Shown piece by piece: positions 41,960-54,827 of a stretch of 64,000 nucleotides of DNA; position 1 is the first letter of the stretch; every line of letters starts with the position of its first letter. The DNA comes from Lama glama. Lineage: Eukaryota. The notes beneath the pieces were generated by a model. That model did no database searches and was not told the origin of the DNA. It saw only the letters and a program-made list of their open reading frames with translations. The translations under genes were made by a program, and so were the position numbers. Location of the stretch: NCBI GenBank assembly GCA_028534125.1, contig CM052818.1:32366001-32430000 (forward strand). The letters are read 5' to 3'.

Positions 41960-42166
41960 ATCATTATGAAATGATATTAAATTTACAACCATACTAGAAA
42001 TAGCAAGAAAACTCTCCAAGAGCAGTGCCCAAGACGTTTTGAGCAGTGACAACATCCTTGGAATACAAATATGTGCCCTCAAGGTAATTTTGAAGGACAG
42101 CACCAGTTCAAATAATGGTTTGATGTGTGCTTAAAAGTTATGTCATTCCTTTACATCTACCTCATA
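41960..42166 (+). mobile_element. Ancient mariner-type (MARNA-like) remnant
   Basis: gttttgagcagtgacaacatccttggaatac...cctcaaggtaattttgaagg translates FEQ*QHPWNTNMCPQGNFEG, resembling the mariner transposase C-terminus (FxxWxxRWxKCIxxxGxYFEG). It is followed by a TIR-like cacctcgta variant (tacctcata). Confidence 0.5.
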
Positions 42167-43039
42167 TAACTAGTTTTCTCTGTTCTCTCCCCATATCATC
42201 AGCTCCCCCACCCCCCACCACTCAATTGCCACTCTTTCTGCGGGAATTAATTCTACCTTTTCTCAAAATGGAAGAAAGGCAAGATCTTTCCTCTTACTCT
42301 CTCAGTCTCTTGCAGGGGCATACCCCTAGTTTTCCTCTTTATAATTGTATATCCTAATAAATTAAACATAATGCTCCCACACCATCCTAAGCTTTAACAT
42401 GCTTACAGAGCAGAAGTGGGTGGTAAGTTCAACTCATTACAAGGTAGATTTGGAAACACCCTGGATCAGATCATGCCTCACAAATCACTGCAGTCATATA
42501 GCCAAGTAGGAAGTACGTAACTTGTCACGTGTGTAGGATCCATCCCTGAGCCTAACTAATCATTATATATACATATACACAGTCTAACAAGAAACAGTGT
42601 TCCCTCTGGAGATATTTACATTTCTGTTCCCTTTGCATCCTTGGTCCTAATGACAAGTAGTGTGTTTCGCAAATGCATCTTTCAAATGGGATCAGTTAGA
42701 CTGAGAGTTATGGTTTCATGTGCTTCGACCAGAAACTCCACAGAGCCAAGATTTCTCCCTCTTCCATTCTTGTTTCTCATCCACAGAATCCTTGTTTTAT
42801 ATACACAATACTCTCTCTTTGTGTGGCATCTTCTGTGGTGAGAAGGGCATTAAAAGGACATTTTCATTATTTATTCTTACCTGAATAGAGAAGTACTCAG
42901 TGAATGAAAATCCAGAGTGGAAATCCAGAGATTTCCAATGAACCTTCGTCTGCAGGTCTGTACACACCCCTGAAAAAGTTGTGTTCAGATTTGTGTAAGT
43001 TGAATCACAGCTTCCTTGCAGAGCCATGGTAGTTATAAA

Positions 43040-43215
43040 TGGTGATGATTAGAGCTAGCGTTTGTTGAGTATTCACTGTGTGGTAGTCACTGTAATAAGT
43101 ACTTACAGTGCATTAACTCGTTTCATCCTTAAAACAGTTCCATGGGGTAGATACTATAATTAATCCCCCTTTTTATAAGAGGAATCTAAGGTCTAAAGAG
43201 GTACAATAATTTCCT
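43040..43215 (-). mobile_element. MIR SINE
   Basis: gagctagcgtttgttgagtattcactgtgtg...cattaactcgtttcatcctt...ggtagatactat. Confidence 0.7.
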
Positions 43216-45294
43216 CTTCATCCTGAGGCTACTCTGCTTCCTATGTACATGTGTGAAGAAATGCTTGCATTGTGCTTGGCATGTAGTAGAAAACTTGGTA
43301 AATGGTAGCCATAATAATTAACAAAATATCTTGCTTTGGGAGTTTTTTTTAGGTCACATCTCATTCATTTCAAGTTGGTTTCCTTTGCTTCATCCACCCA
43401 CTGAAATCCATCATCCTAATTCCCCACTACCAAGTCCTGCTAAAGACCTCTCCCCACCCAGCCCCACCTGGCCTGCCTTCCTTCTCACACCTCCAGCCGG
43501 GCAGCATCACCCACACAGGGAAATTCTCCCCTTTTCCATTTCAAGTCAGCACTCGAGTGACTTGAAATGCCTTTGACTATCTCTACTCCAAAACTAGAGC
43601 GTACACTCTGATTGGCATCTTTTATTTGCAAATGTATTAATGTATCACGTCTAACAAAAGCATAAAAATAAATACATTTAGTTATACATTTAATGAATCA
43701 CCTTTAATAGAGAATAAAGTTCCCTTCCATAAGAATTGACAGAAAATTCAGGCCAACCAGTCCCCAGGAGAAGTCGGCAGAGGGTCAGGCCCTGCATGTG
43801 TTCTTCACCTCTGCCTGCCCCTCCTTGTCCAGAAATTCCATTTGTAACTGCTTTGCCTCCCACTCCTTCCCCAGTGAGGAGGATGCCTATGAGAGTAGTG
43901 AATGTCACACCCCACAAACCCTGCCTGCTGCCCCTCTGCTGGGCAGGCTGCTCTGACTGCCACAGCAGCTGCTAAATCTCCCTGTGATGCCCTACCCCGT
44001 GGTTCCTGCACCCACAGCAGCTATGACCTCCTTTCCCAGTACTTTACTCTTTCACAGCGTGAGGTGCCCACCATGTCCCACACCCCTGAGTAGCTTGGTC
44101 AGATGTCACCCCCCATTTTCAGCTCATAAGGCAAAGGCATAGAGGGGTTAAATCAAGGACCTACAGGCAGTTAAACAGCGAGGCTTCTCCTTGGAGCCCT
44201 TGCTCCCTCTCCTTCCACTTCACCAGAGAGCACTCTGCTCCAATGTGAAACAGTACTAACCTCCAAAGTCATCCAGGTATTATGTATTTATTTATCCAGC
44301 CAACACTTACTGCCTACCCAGTAAGAATGCCAGGTGATGGGCACAGCTAGACAACAGTACAGCCCAGCCCTTTGGAATGTTGTCTATTAGGGGAGGCTGA
44401 CAGGAAAGCAAGCCTGTTGCATCAGAGGGCAGAAAGCACCAGGGATGGGGAGGCTCAGAAAGCAAGAACTGTGTGACCCCCAGTAAAGCCACAACTTTTG
44501 GGCTCCTCGCTTCCAAACCAGCACCCCTCTAGTAGCCAGTCTGGGGTTCTCCCTCTGCCAGATAAACCCATGCCAGCAGAAGCAGAGAGTGATGAGTGTT
44601 GCCTGGGGCAGACTTGCATTTGTTCATTCATTCCTAACAGGGACTCACTCAGTAGCAGCTCCACAGGCTCCAAAACCAGAAGTGAGGGCAGAGGGGAGGG
44701 GAAGATCTCAAGGCTCTGCTCTTCTGGGGTGGTGCCTACACCCCTGATGTGAGTCTGGCTGCCCCCAGTCCATATCTGCAGGCAAAACCCAGCCCTTACA
44801 GTGCCCCCTCACAGGGAGTAAAGAAAACAACAGGTGCTCCCTGCCCCTAACCAGCTATGGCAGCACCTGTGTCCCCTCCTGAAGGCCCAGGGGCTGAGGG
44901 CCTCACCATGCTTGTCAACAGCAGGCTGAGTCAGTTCTCTGAACTGAGAGAAGGTAATGGGCTCCCGGCAGTGTTAGACCAAGCAGTGTGAATTGCACTG
45001 ACCAAACCCATCGAGCTCAAGGCATTTCACAAGCGTCTTGGCCTTACTGTCCTTACCTTCCCAGAGGGAGGCAGGAACTAGTATCCCAACCACTAGACCA
45101 CACCCTTAAAATCCATTTCGCCTCCCCCAGGAATGTCCCTAGTCCTGGAGTGGTGTGCGGGGGTGAGCCTCTACCTGTGAGGGGAGCTGTGCTTAGAGGC
45201 CTGCAGCCAGCCAAGAGCTAACTTTACCCGTCACCCCACCCCCAGGAGTAGGTTAGTTGTCAACCTGACTATGTCAGGTGAATTTAACACACCT

Positions 45295-45700
45295 GAGTAA
45301 CTAGGCTTATGCTACATGGGGTAATACTACCCAGAGTAACATTAAACCTCCAACCCTCAGGGCTATACAAGAAAGAAATGTATTTCTTGCTCATGTGAAA
45401 TCCGGAATTAATGTGCCAGTTGGTTACTCATGTGAAGTCCAGAAAGAATGTGCCATCCCATCATTTGAGATCCAGGCTCCTTCTCTTTGTGGAGCCACCC
45501 TTTTCTCCAGTTTTGAAATCCTTTGCATTCAGACATCCAATGGGGAAAGAGCGTGAGGGACTCACATAGGGAGGTTTTTATGAATCATCCCTTCTGCTCA
45601 CTTTCCACTGGCTACCACACAGTCACCTAGCGATAACAAACTGCAGTGGATGCTGGGGAATGCAGTCAGCTGTGTGTCCAGGAAAAAGGGAAGTAGGTTT
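45295..45700 (-). mobile_element. MLT1-like LTR, decayed
   Basis: gtatttcttgctcatg...ctgctcactttccactggcta...aactgcagtggatgctggggaatgcagtc. Confidence 0.55.
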
Positions 45701-46062
45701 GATGAAAAAAATATGTATGTGTATGTTGTATCATGGAATAGGCCAAGGAATACAGCCCCCATCTCTGGGCATCTATCAGAGAATTACTTGAGAATACTGA
45801 GTCCTTATTTAGCTCCTCTGAGCATTGATCAGTCTTCTCCAAGAACTTCATAATTCAAGGCTGAAATCGATTTCAGGATCTATTCTAAGGCATGACTGCT
45901 TCATTCCCAGAATTTAATGATGTAGCAAGACCTCGCTTTCTGGCATAAAACACTTCAGAATTTCTCTAAATTTTTCTTTTCTAAAAACTAAACAAAACAA
46001 TTCAACAAATAAACTGGAGTAAGTATTTTGAAAACGCTTCAAACTAGCAGGATAGGATAGGA

Positions 46063-46243
46063 CAGTAGTTCACAAACTTGACTGAACATTATGATCACCT
46101 GGGAAACTTGTTTTAAAGCAGAGTCCTAGGCCCCATACACAGAGATTCTGATTCAGTAGATCGCATTCTAGGCCCAAGAATAAAAAAAATTCCCTTTAAG
46201 TTTCCTAAATGATTTGATGGTCAACCACATGTGTAAGTCACTG
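46063..46243. mobile_element. MER5-like DNA transposon
   Basis: cagtagttcacaaacttgactgaacatt...atcacctgggaaacttgttt...cagagattctgattcagtag. Confidence 0.75.
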
Positions 46244-48692
46244 GCATAAAATGTCAGATCCAGGTGTCTTGTGGGCAAGACAGGGGATCAAGTGACTAGA
46301 GAAGTGTCGTTGGCTATCACATTGTCAGCAACACATATTAAGCCCCCATCGAGTGCAGAGGATGGAACAGAGTGTATGACTCAGCCTCTTGCTGCATCAC
46401 AGGACTGCATGCTGTGGGGGACACAGAGCATACACGTTGAGAGGCGAACAGCAACACCCGGAGTGTTGTGCTGGGTCTGACAGAGTGTGGCCAGTGTTCA
46501 GATGGCGCAATGATCTTCATGTGTCACGGGAACTGTCATGGAGAAAATGGGCTTATTATAAGCTGAACCTCGAGAAAAATTTAGATCTTAGGGAAATGGG
46601 AAAGGGACAAGGGCATTCCAGAGAAGACCATCAGAGTGAGCAGAGGTTTAGAGACGGGAATGTTTTATGTGGGTTCAAGAAAAACCAAGTAGGCTAGTCA
46701 GAGAATCCGGAGCAGGGTCCTTGGAGAGGGTGAGTGTGAATATTAGGTCAAGTATTTTGGACACTGGGATATGGGGAGTAGACAGCCTTTGAGCACAGAC
46801 ATGGGCTGGAGGATGGAGACCAGAGCATGGCGACTATTGGAGGCTCTCGTCAGAGACCAAATGTGAAATGATCTGAGCCCCAGAGTGGAGCTCAGAGAGG
46901 AGGAAGAGGAGCTGGAGGAGAAGAGGCCCGTTCTGCTGCTGCCTACCAAATGGCGCCACTGGCCCAGGACAGGCTTGGGTCAGTCCTCCTAGAAGAGGGG
47001 GAGAGAGCAGCTGGAGGCTCAGCAATGCAGTGTGCAACCAGGCATTGATATGTACAAATCAAACATTCATGACTCTGGAAGGATCTGGCCTTGTTTCTTG
47101 CTCAGAAAACATCCCAGCTCATTGGAGCAAGGAGTAGATTAGCAATTCTGAGCTTTAAATCCTATTTCTAACACTGATTTACTGTGATGTTGGTAACAAG
47201 TTGTTGCTTTTGATTGCTAAGTTTCCACAATCAGGAGTGCAAAGCAGTGAGACAGATCCGGCCTGTGAGCCTGGTTTAAGAAGTAGTCGCTCAAAACGAC
47301 AATAAGGTACCCCTTTAGGATAACCGGATGTTCAGATCTGCTCAAGATTGTCTTGGTAATATCCACAGCTCAGTTTACAAGTCAAGAGATGCATATATTT
47401 TTCACAACTCTCAGTGCCTCTGAAAATGTGTTCTCAGCCTCTTCTCTCCCCAGGCACAAAGTCTGGAATTTAGGAGGTACCTGGGCTGCTGGTATTAGAA
47501 GCAAAGCAGCTGGGTCCCTAGTTACCCGAATGGCTTCCCACCCACCCTTCAACATGGTCTCCAACCCCACGCCCCTCTCCTGAGTGATTCTTCTGTCTGT
47601 AGCTCTACCATTCTCTGAGGCATTCAGTTCTTCAAAGTCTTTCTTGAATTCTTTTCTCACTACCCAGATTCAATGTTTTCTCAGGTTGTGTACAGTCTAG
47701 CCCTATGGGGGCAGAACCAATAGGGACTTTTGAAATCTCCTGGTCAGTGAATAGTATGAATTACAAGTCTGTACGTATTCCTCAAGTTCAAGGTCCGTGT
47801 CTTACGCATCGCTACACTCCCAGCGACAGACACAGTGCCTGACTCATAGTAGGTGCTCAAATAATCTTTGCTTAAAGGCAGAGGAGGAGATATGTAATTT
47901 ATAACACTGCCTGAGGAAGTATAGATTTCTAATTAAAAAAAATATATGAAACAGGAACAATGAACTAGAATCTCCCATACCAAAAAAAGGCTCCCACTAT
48001 GAAAATATTCACATTACATAGGTTTTTAAAAACCAGGATAGCACATAACAAGTTTCATTGACTTGCCCAGGGTCCCACCAAGTACACAGCCCATTCTTCA
48101 TTCCACTCTACCTTTCAAAACTCTGCCTCCACCAAACAGAGAAAGCTACTATTTCATCTTATTATAGATATTTGTGTCAGAGAGAAGGGAACCCACCACA
48201 TCCTTTTCCTGGGTCTTCTCTCCTTGGGGAGCAGTGCCATCCCTGGCACCATCTGAGCCCTCCAAACCTCAGGTCAGCACAGCAGCAGATGGTAGCAGAT
48301 GAGGCTGGTGCTGGAAATGTCAGTGTATCCTGAGGAAAGTGGGGCGAGTGTCCCATTCTGTCTGAGACGTGTAGGCATAGGTGCTTTCTAGCTCTGGACA
48401 GCCCTCCAACCCCCCACTTGCTCCAAGGGGCTGGTTGTACTCCACCAATAGTATGGAGGATGTAAGGGACTAAACGAGATTGAAGAATTTGTATGGTTCT
48501 GCAAGGGCTGGCCAAAAAAGTGATCTGAGGAGCAAGAGGCCCAAGTTCCCATCTTCCTTCTGGTCTCCCTATGTGATCCGCAGAGTCAGATGATGCTCCC
48601 CAGGGGTCCTTGCCCTTCTTTCTTTGTGTGCTGGCTCCTGGAGATGACCCGATCTCACTAGCTTGGGAGGGGACACACAGCCCAAGAAACCA

Positions 48693-48765
48693 TCTATCTC
48701 TCTCTCTATCTGCCTCTCTCTCTCTCCCTCTCTCCCTCTCTCCCTTTCTCTCTCCCCCTCTTCCT
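48693..48765. repeat. CT-rich polypyrimidine low-complexity tract
   Basis: Direct read: tctatctctctctctatctgcctctctctctctccctctctccctctctccctttctctctccccctcttcct. Confidence 0.9.
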
Positions 48766-51700
48766 GGGGAAACTGCATTACTTCAGCTCCCCTGGGGCAC
48801 TTGATACACTCAAGCCTGTGGGCCAGGGCTTCAGGAAGCAGGCTCCACCTTTCACCTTCCCCCACGAGAGCCTGGGGCTCAGGGAGAGCTCAGTATTCCG
48901 AACACAGAATGAGAGGATGCAAGAGCAAAATGGGAACTTGCTAGAGAAGGGCTTCTTCCTGCTCTGCAGTCTGCCGGAACATCATGTGGCAGCAAGACTG
49001 TCCAACGGCTGGCTTGCTGGAGCAAGTGTGGGAGTCAGATCTTTAAGTGTCAGTTTCCACAGTGAGCAGAGACAGCCTGTGTCTGGAAGCCTGGCACTGA
49101 GAATGTTGAAGAGTCTGAGTGAGTCTGCTTGCCTGCTCGGCTGGACTGAAAATCCATTTTCTCCCCTATTCCATACCAAAGGGCTCCCTCATGGAAGCCA
49201 GGTTCACTGGGAAAGATCTCTATGGCCTTTGGCAGCCCTGGAATCACTGTTTTGACTTCCCCTTATTGTTCCTGGTCACTATGCCCAGAGACACTAAGTC
49301 AGGAGATGGTCAATTGTTTCTGCAAGTGGGACTGATGGGGAGATGCGAGTGCTCCCAACTGATGAGTCTGGCCTTGACCGTCCAGCCCACCCCCACTTTA
49401 CTGTGCCAGAGCCAAAGACTCTTAGCATCAGGGCGCACATGCCCAGCCCTGCCACACTGATCCTGGTGAGGGCCGGTCCTGGTCACCCAGAGCCGGCCAT
49501 CAGCCCCCCTCTTCCACCGGAAACGGCAGTCAGTTACACGGAGGGAAGGATGGGTGCAGCAGGGCTTTGTCATCACGTACGTTGTTCTAATAGAAATGCA
49601 CACGGCAGCCCGAGCTTTGTGACAGGCCCTTTTAGAAGACTTCTGCACAGTGAGAAATTGGAGAAAGCTTTCTTTCCTCAGCGGTGTCTGCCAGCCCTAT
49701 CCTAAGCAGCCAGAGCCCAGACAGGCCCCAGCTGCAAAAAGGGAAGTGGAACACTCCCTCCTTCCGAGCCCACTAAATGGTCAGAGGAATCCAAGACGTG
49801 GTGCCCATCCACTGAATGCCTTTTACCCGTTTCTTCTTTCTCTCCAGAGCATTCCTATTCCCTCAGTCCACATTCAGACGCACACCCTTCTGTCAGCTAC
49901 TTAAAGTCATTAAGTGAACTTAATTAGGTTCGTCAGTCCCTGAGGCTGGCAGGGCGGCAAATAAGGCATTATATTCACTGGCCATTACCAGTCTGTTGCC
50001 TGAATGAGATTGTGTATTTTCTGAGCTGTGCGTGACCTGCATCAGCATCTCCCAGGCAGAGATTTGCCCCATGAGACTAGGAGGCCCCCAATTCCAAGGC
50101 TGCCCCTCTAAACCTGGCCCACTGCCCCAGTGGCCACCTCCCAGAATCCCCCTGGGCAGGCTTTCAACAGACCTCTCTGTAAAGCTGAGCAAGACGGAGT
50201 CAGGGGTGCATTCTTTATGCAAAACCAGGCTCCAACCAAGATCTCCAGCCAAGTCTGTTCTAACAAGCTCCAAACCCCACTGGCTAGAAAAAAGGGAAGA
50301 AGTAACAACCACCCCTGCAATCAAAGGTGTCTTTTTTAGAGAAACAGAAAGAGCTGAGCAGGTGTGAACTGGGGAGGGGCAGGGAGTGAAACCCCCGCTG
50401 CTGGGGGCTGGACAGAGGGGCGCTCAGCTGTTGTGCTCTGAAATGGCACAGCTCAGCAAGGGAGCTGGACGAGCCCCGGCGAGCGGGCTCTTCCCTCCTC
50501 CTCCTGACCAGGCTGCCGCGGAGCAGGAGAACAAGGCTTCCTTCCTTCCCCACACAGAGCTAAGGCTTTGAGCAGGGGCCATGGAGTAATCTGTGTGCTC
50601 GCTCAAACCACCAGGCCCCCGCGATCCTGGTAGTAATGCTTTCTCTCAGACACAGAGCAGTCCATCTGGTATGCGTGTTAGAACTTGCCCTCAGATCCAG
50701 AGCGTTCTGCCTGGTATGTGCTAAAACCCGAGACCTGAGGCCGTGGCTGACTCTGGACAGTGGCTTGGTATCTGTACTTTTAGAGGACTCAACAGCAAAG
50801 AGTAGTTGGATCCGGACTCAGAGCCATGATGAAGTCTCACCCACCTCCAGTGAGGAGAGGGCGAGCAGAGCCAAGAGCAAACTCTTCACCTGAGGTTCAG
50901 GCAAAGACACACAACCAGGTACCGTCCAAAGTAAAGAAGCCTGAATCTGGGTGGCCCTGTGGCCGCCTGGTCTCTTAGCTGGTACCCGCACAGAAAAGCA
51001 GCTCCTAGATTGATTGTGTTGTCCCCTCCCTGCCCCATCATCCACCATCCCCAGACTGCATTCCCAGACTGTCTCTGCTTCACCCTTCCCTCCCCACTTC
51101 CCTGCATGGCCCACCTTTGTCCCACCTGTCCCTTCCCTGCAGCCTCCAGAGTCTGGAGCATTTGGGGAAGGATTGGCAGTGTGGCCTCCTGGATGGACAG
51201 AGGCAGCGTCGCATGTTTACATCTGATTTGACATCTGATTGAGTCTTCCCTGATTCTTATGAGTGTTCCTGACTCAAAATATGTGCAATTCCCAGTGTCA
51301 GTCAAACTCTCTTCAATAGCAGCTGCCACTGCCGTTGCCTCGCAGAGCACTTAAAAAACTTCTATTTAGAAACCATTCCAGCTCCAGCTTGCATCATGCC
51401 ATCCATACTAAGGGGCCCAGTGGCTGGCTGAGAACTTTGCAGCTCTAATCTCTAAGTAGTAAAAGAGGAAGGTGGCGGGGGAGGCGGGGCCAGGGAGAGC
51501 AGAGAGGGGAGGGGAGACGTGCATTTAGGGGAAGGGCTTGTTCAGGGGAAAACAGAGATTTCAGCTCCCTCCCCATGCTCAACAGGCACACACATGTAGT
51601 GTGCTCGCTCAGGCATGCCAGGCCTCCCCAGGGGGTACTCCCAGGATGCAGCTCAGCTTTGAGGTCAGTGCCTGGCCTGGGCCCTTGGCCTGTAGAGGAC

Positions 51701-52100
51701 GGACTAGGAGATGATGACCCGGAGTGGAGAACTGGAAAGATAGGCACAGGGCCCCCTACCCACTGCTGTGCACTCTGCCTCCCTGATGCTCCACCAGGGT
51801 ACATGATTCTTTCTCGGCACCCTCTCCAAGTAGCGCCAAGTGCCTGTTTTCTTGCTGCAAATCTCCCTAACCCTGGCAACTGCTGTAAAGAGAACAAGCA
51901 ATATTAGGGCACTGGTTTGCCACCTGGAAACCCTAGCCCTGGCTTGTCTGAGGTTACACAGGCTCCAGTTGGGAGTCATCTGTGGACCATGTCCTCCGTG
52001 GAGATTCAGGGAAACCATAGCTGTGACCTTGCCAAGACTCGTGGAGGAAACCCAGTGCAGGTGTGCAAGACATATGGGTCTCTCACCATCTTTACCTCCT

Positions 52101-52191
52101 CATACTCACACTCAAACACACACACTCTCACACGCACACGCACACACACACATACACACTCACACACACACATACACACTCACACACTCAC
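52101..52191. repeat. Compound imperfect (CA)n microsatellite, including a 20-bp unit repeated twice at 52141-52180
   Basis: Direct read: cacacacacacatacacact x2. Confidence 0.9.
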
Positions 52192-52994
52192 GATAGGTGC
52201 CAAGATCTGGCCGGACAAGTCTGGTGGGTTCTTGTGCTACGCTTCCCCCATGCACCGTCACCCAGCGTGCTCAGGTGTCCTAGAACAGGATTTGGGGATT
52301 CTCCTCTGGGCACTCTTCCTTCCATACCCAGCCAACCACCAGCCCTCCTTGCTGGTCTAGCCTGAGGCAGGGCAGGTAGACCCCATCATGGGAATGTGGC
52401 CTGAGGGCACCAGTGGGGTTGGCCATGAGTACAGCAGATCCAGGTGTTTCCTCTTTAAAATTGAGCCATATGTGGGCCCTCTAATTGTGACTTTCAAACA
52501 AGAAGGATTATTTGTGGTTGACCAGATTTCACGAGACAAGTGAAGGCATAGATGGATTTACCAAGTAATTCAGTTAAGAATAACCAATCACTAACCTCCT
52601 ATTTAGATAAAAGTTGACGTTTAATTTCAAGTCTTTCCACCGCAGGAGGCAGGGATTCTTCGCAGGCCAGGAGTAACCACACCGGTATCTAGCCCTTCTG
52701 CGTGTTGATCTGAGGTCACCTGCTCGCAGGCTTCCAGCCCCTGTGGCAGTTCACTCGCTGACCGTAAAGCTTTGCTGTCTTCGCTGCACAGTGTTAGCGA
52801 ACATTTTCTCCTTGTTTCTCTCCCATGTGCCTTTCCTCCCTCTGCTAACGTTCCATTTCCTGTGTTTCCATGGACCTCTCTGCCCTGCCTTCTCCACCCT
52901 GTCAGTCTCGCACACCTGCCAACCCTCCTGTTTTCTGCTCTTGCTCCCCCATGCTGCCAACTCTGTTGTCTTAGTTCCCTCTCTCCTTTTTCTG

Positions 52995-53425
52995 CCAGCT
53001 TTTTCAAGCTATGATTTACAAAGTATAAATTCACCTGTTTTAAGAGTACACATCAGTGACTTTTAGCAAACATACAGAGTTGTGCCAAGAGCACCATGAT
53101 CCAATTTCAGAATATCTTCATCACCCTAGATCTTTCTTGTGCTGGTTTACTGTCAATGCTGTTCCCATTTCCAGTCCTAGGCAACCTCTAATCCGCTTTC
53201 AGTCTCTATCAATTTGCCTATTCTATACATTTCATATAAATGGGATAATGTATGTGAATGGACTCATGAGGTTTTAATTATTGCCTGGCTTCTTTAACTT
53301 AGCATGATGTTTTTGAGATCCATCCATTTTATAGCCTGCAAAGGAGCCCGTTCTTTTTCATCAGAGAGCAGCATTCTATTGTTGGCCGTCTCACGCGTGG
53401 TTTATCTGTAACATGCGTGGACGGG
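52995..53425 (-). mobile_element. Old L1 (L1MB-like) 3' UTR fragment
   Basis: cagctttttcaagctatgatttaca...aaattcacctgttttaagagtaca...ttctatacatttcatataaatgg...cttagcatgatgtttttgagatccatcc. Confidence 0.8.
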
Positions 53426-54373
53426 CAGGCGTTTCCTCTCTTGATATTTTAATATCCACCCAGAGACTGCACAGTCTTTGGCAGGTCATTCTGGATTGAC
53501 TTTCTGAAAGGTGAGAGAGATTTTTTCAGTTCTCAGGAAACTCACTTCACAGCAGGACAGGGCTGGTTGACTGACAGCTTTCCAGGAGGATGACTTCCTA
53601 GGAAACAAATGAACCAAAGGTATTTTCTGTTTATCCCACTCTAAAGCCTTCCCTGGCCACAGTCCCAGGACCTGACCCTCCAAGGCTATGAAAGAGATGG
53701 AAAGAAACAATATCTCATGGATTCACTGTTAACATTTATGGCCCACTCTGTGTTGCTTACAGACACCCCCAAGGATCATAGTCAAATCATTTGCTAGTTA
53801 ACAATCAGTCGGGCACTGCACAGACCAACCCCAGTCACAACAGATATTGAACAAAACTCGGGATCCTTCAGACCCACACTTTGAGGGTTTAACCTCTCGG
53901 TTGCTAGATAATGAAAAAATTCGGGGGACTCCAGGGACAGAGCCAGGCTGCCTGAGGCAGCCAACAAGCAGAGGACACGCCAGGCAGAGGCTCTTTATCA
54001 GCTGGCACAGAAGCATCTCAGTATTTTAATAAGACCTCAGCACCCTCAACTGTGAAGCCTTGCCCGTCTGCACACCATGCACACCCAGACTCCAGGGAGC
54101 ACAGGAGTCTCCTCAGAGTATCAAGGGGGCTGCTCTCAGGTCCCAGGCTCCCTATTCTACTAACCTACGGAGAAGTCCCTCAGAAAGGGAGGTGCTCTGT
54201 GCAGCAGTGGGGGAGATGTTCACTTCACCACTCTTGCCAGTTCTCTGTGACGAGGTGAGGCTGATAAAAATGACAGTCACAGGCCAGGTCGTCAGCACAC
54301 ATCTGGATCGTGCTGGATGCTGAATCCTAAGACCTGACCCACCCACACTGTTCCTCACACACACTCCTCTTGA

Positions 54374-54544
<171 letters not shown>

Positions 54545-54620
54545 TGACCCAAGCCCAGCGGTCTCATCCACCCTCCCTGGGGGAAGCTCATCTCTCTGCT
54601 GTAAACTGAGCCTCACTTAA

Positions 54621-54827
<207 letters not shown>

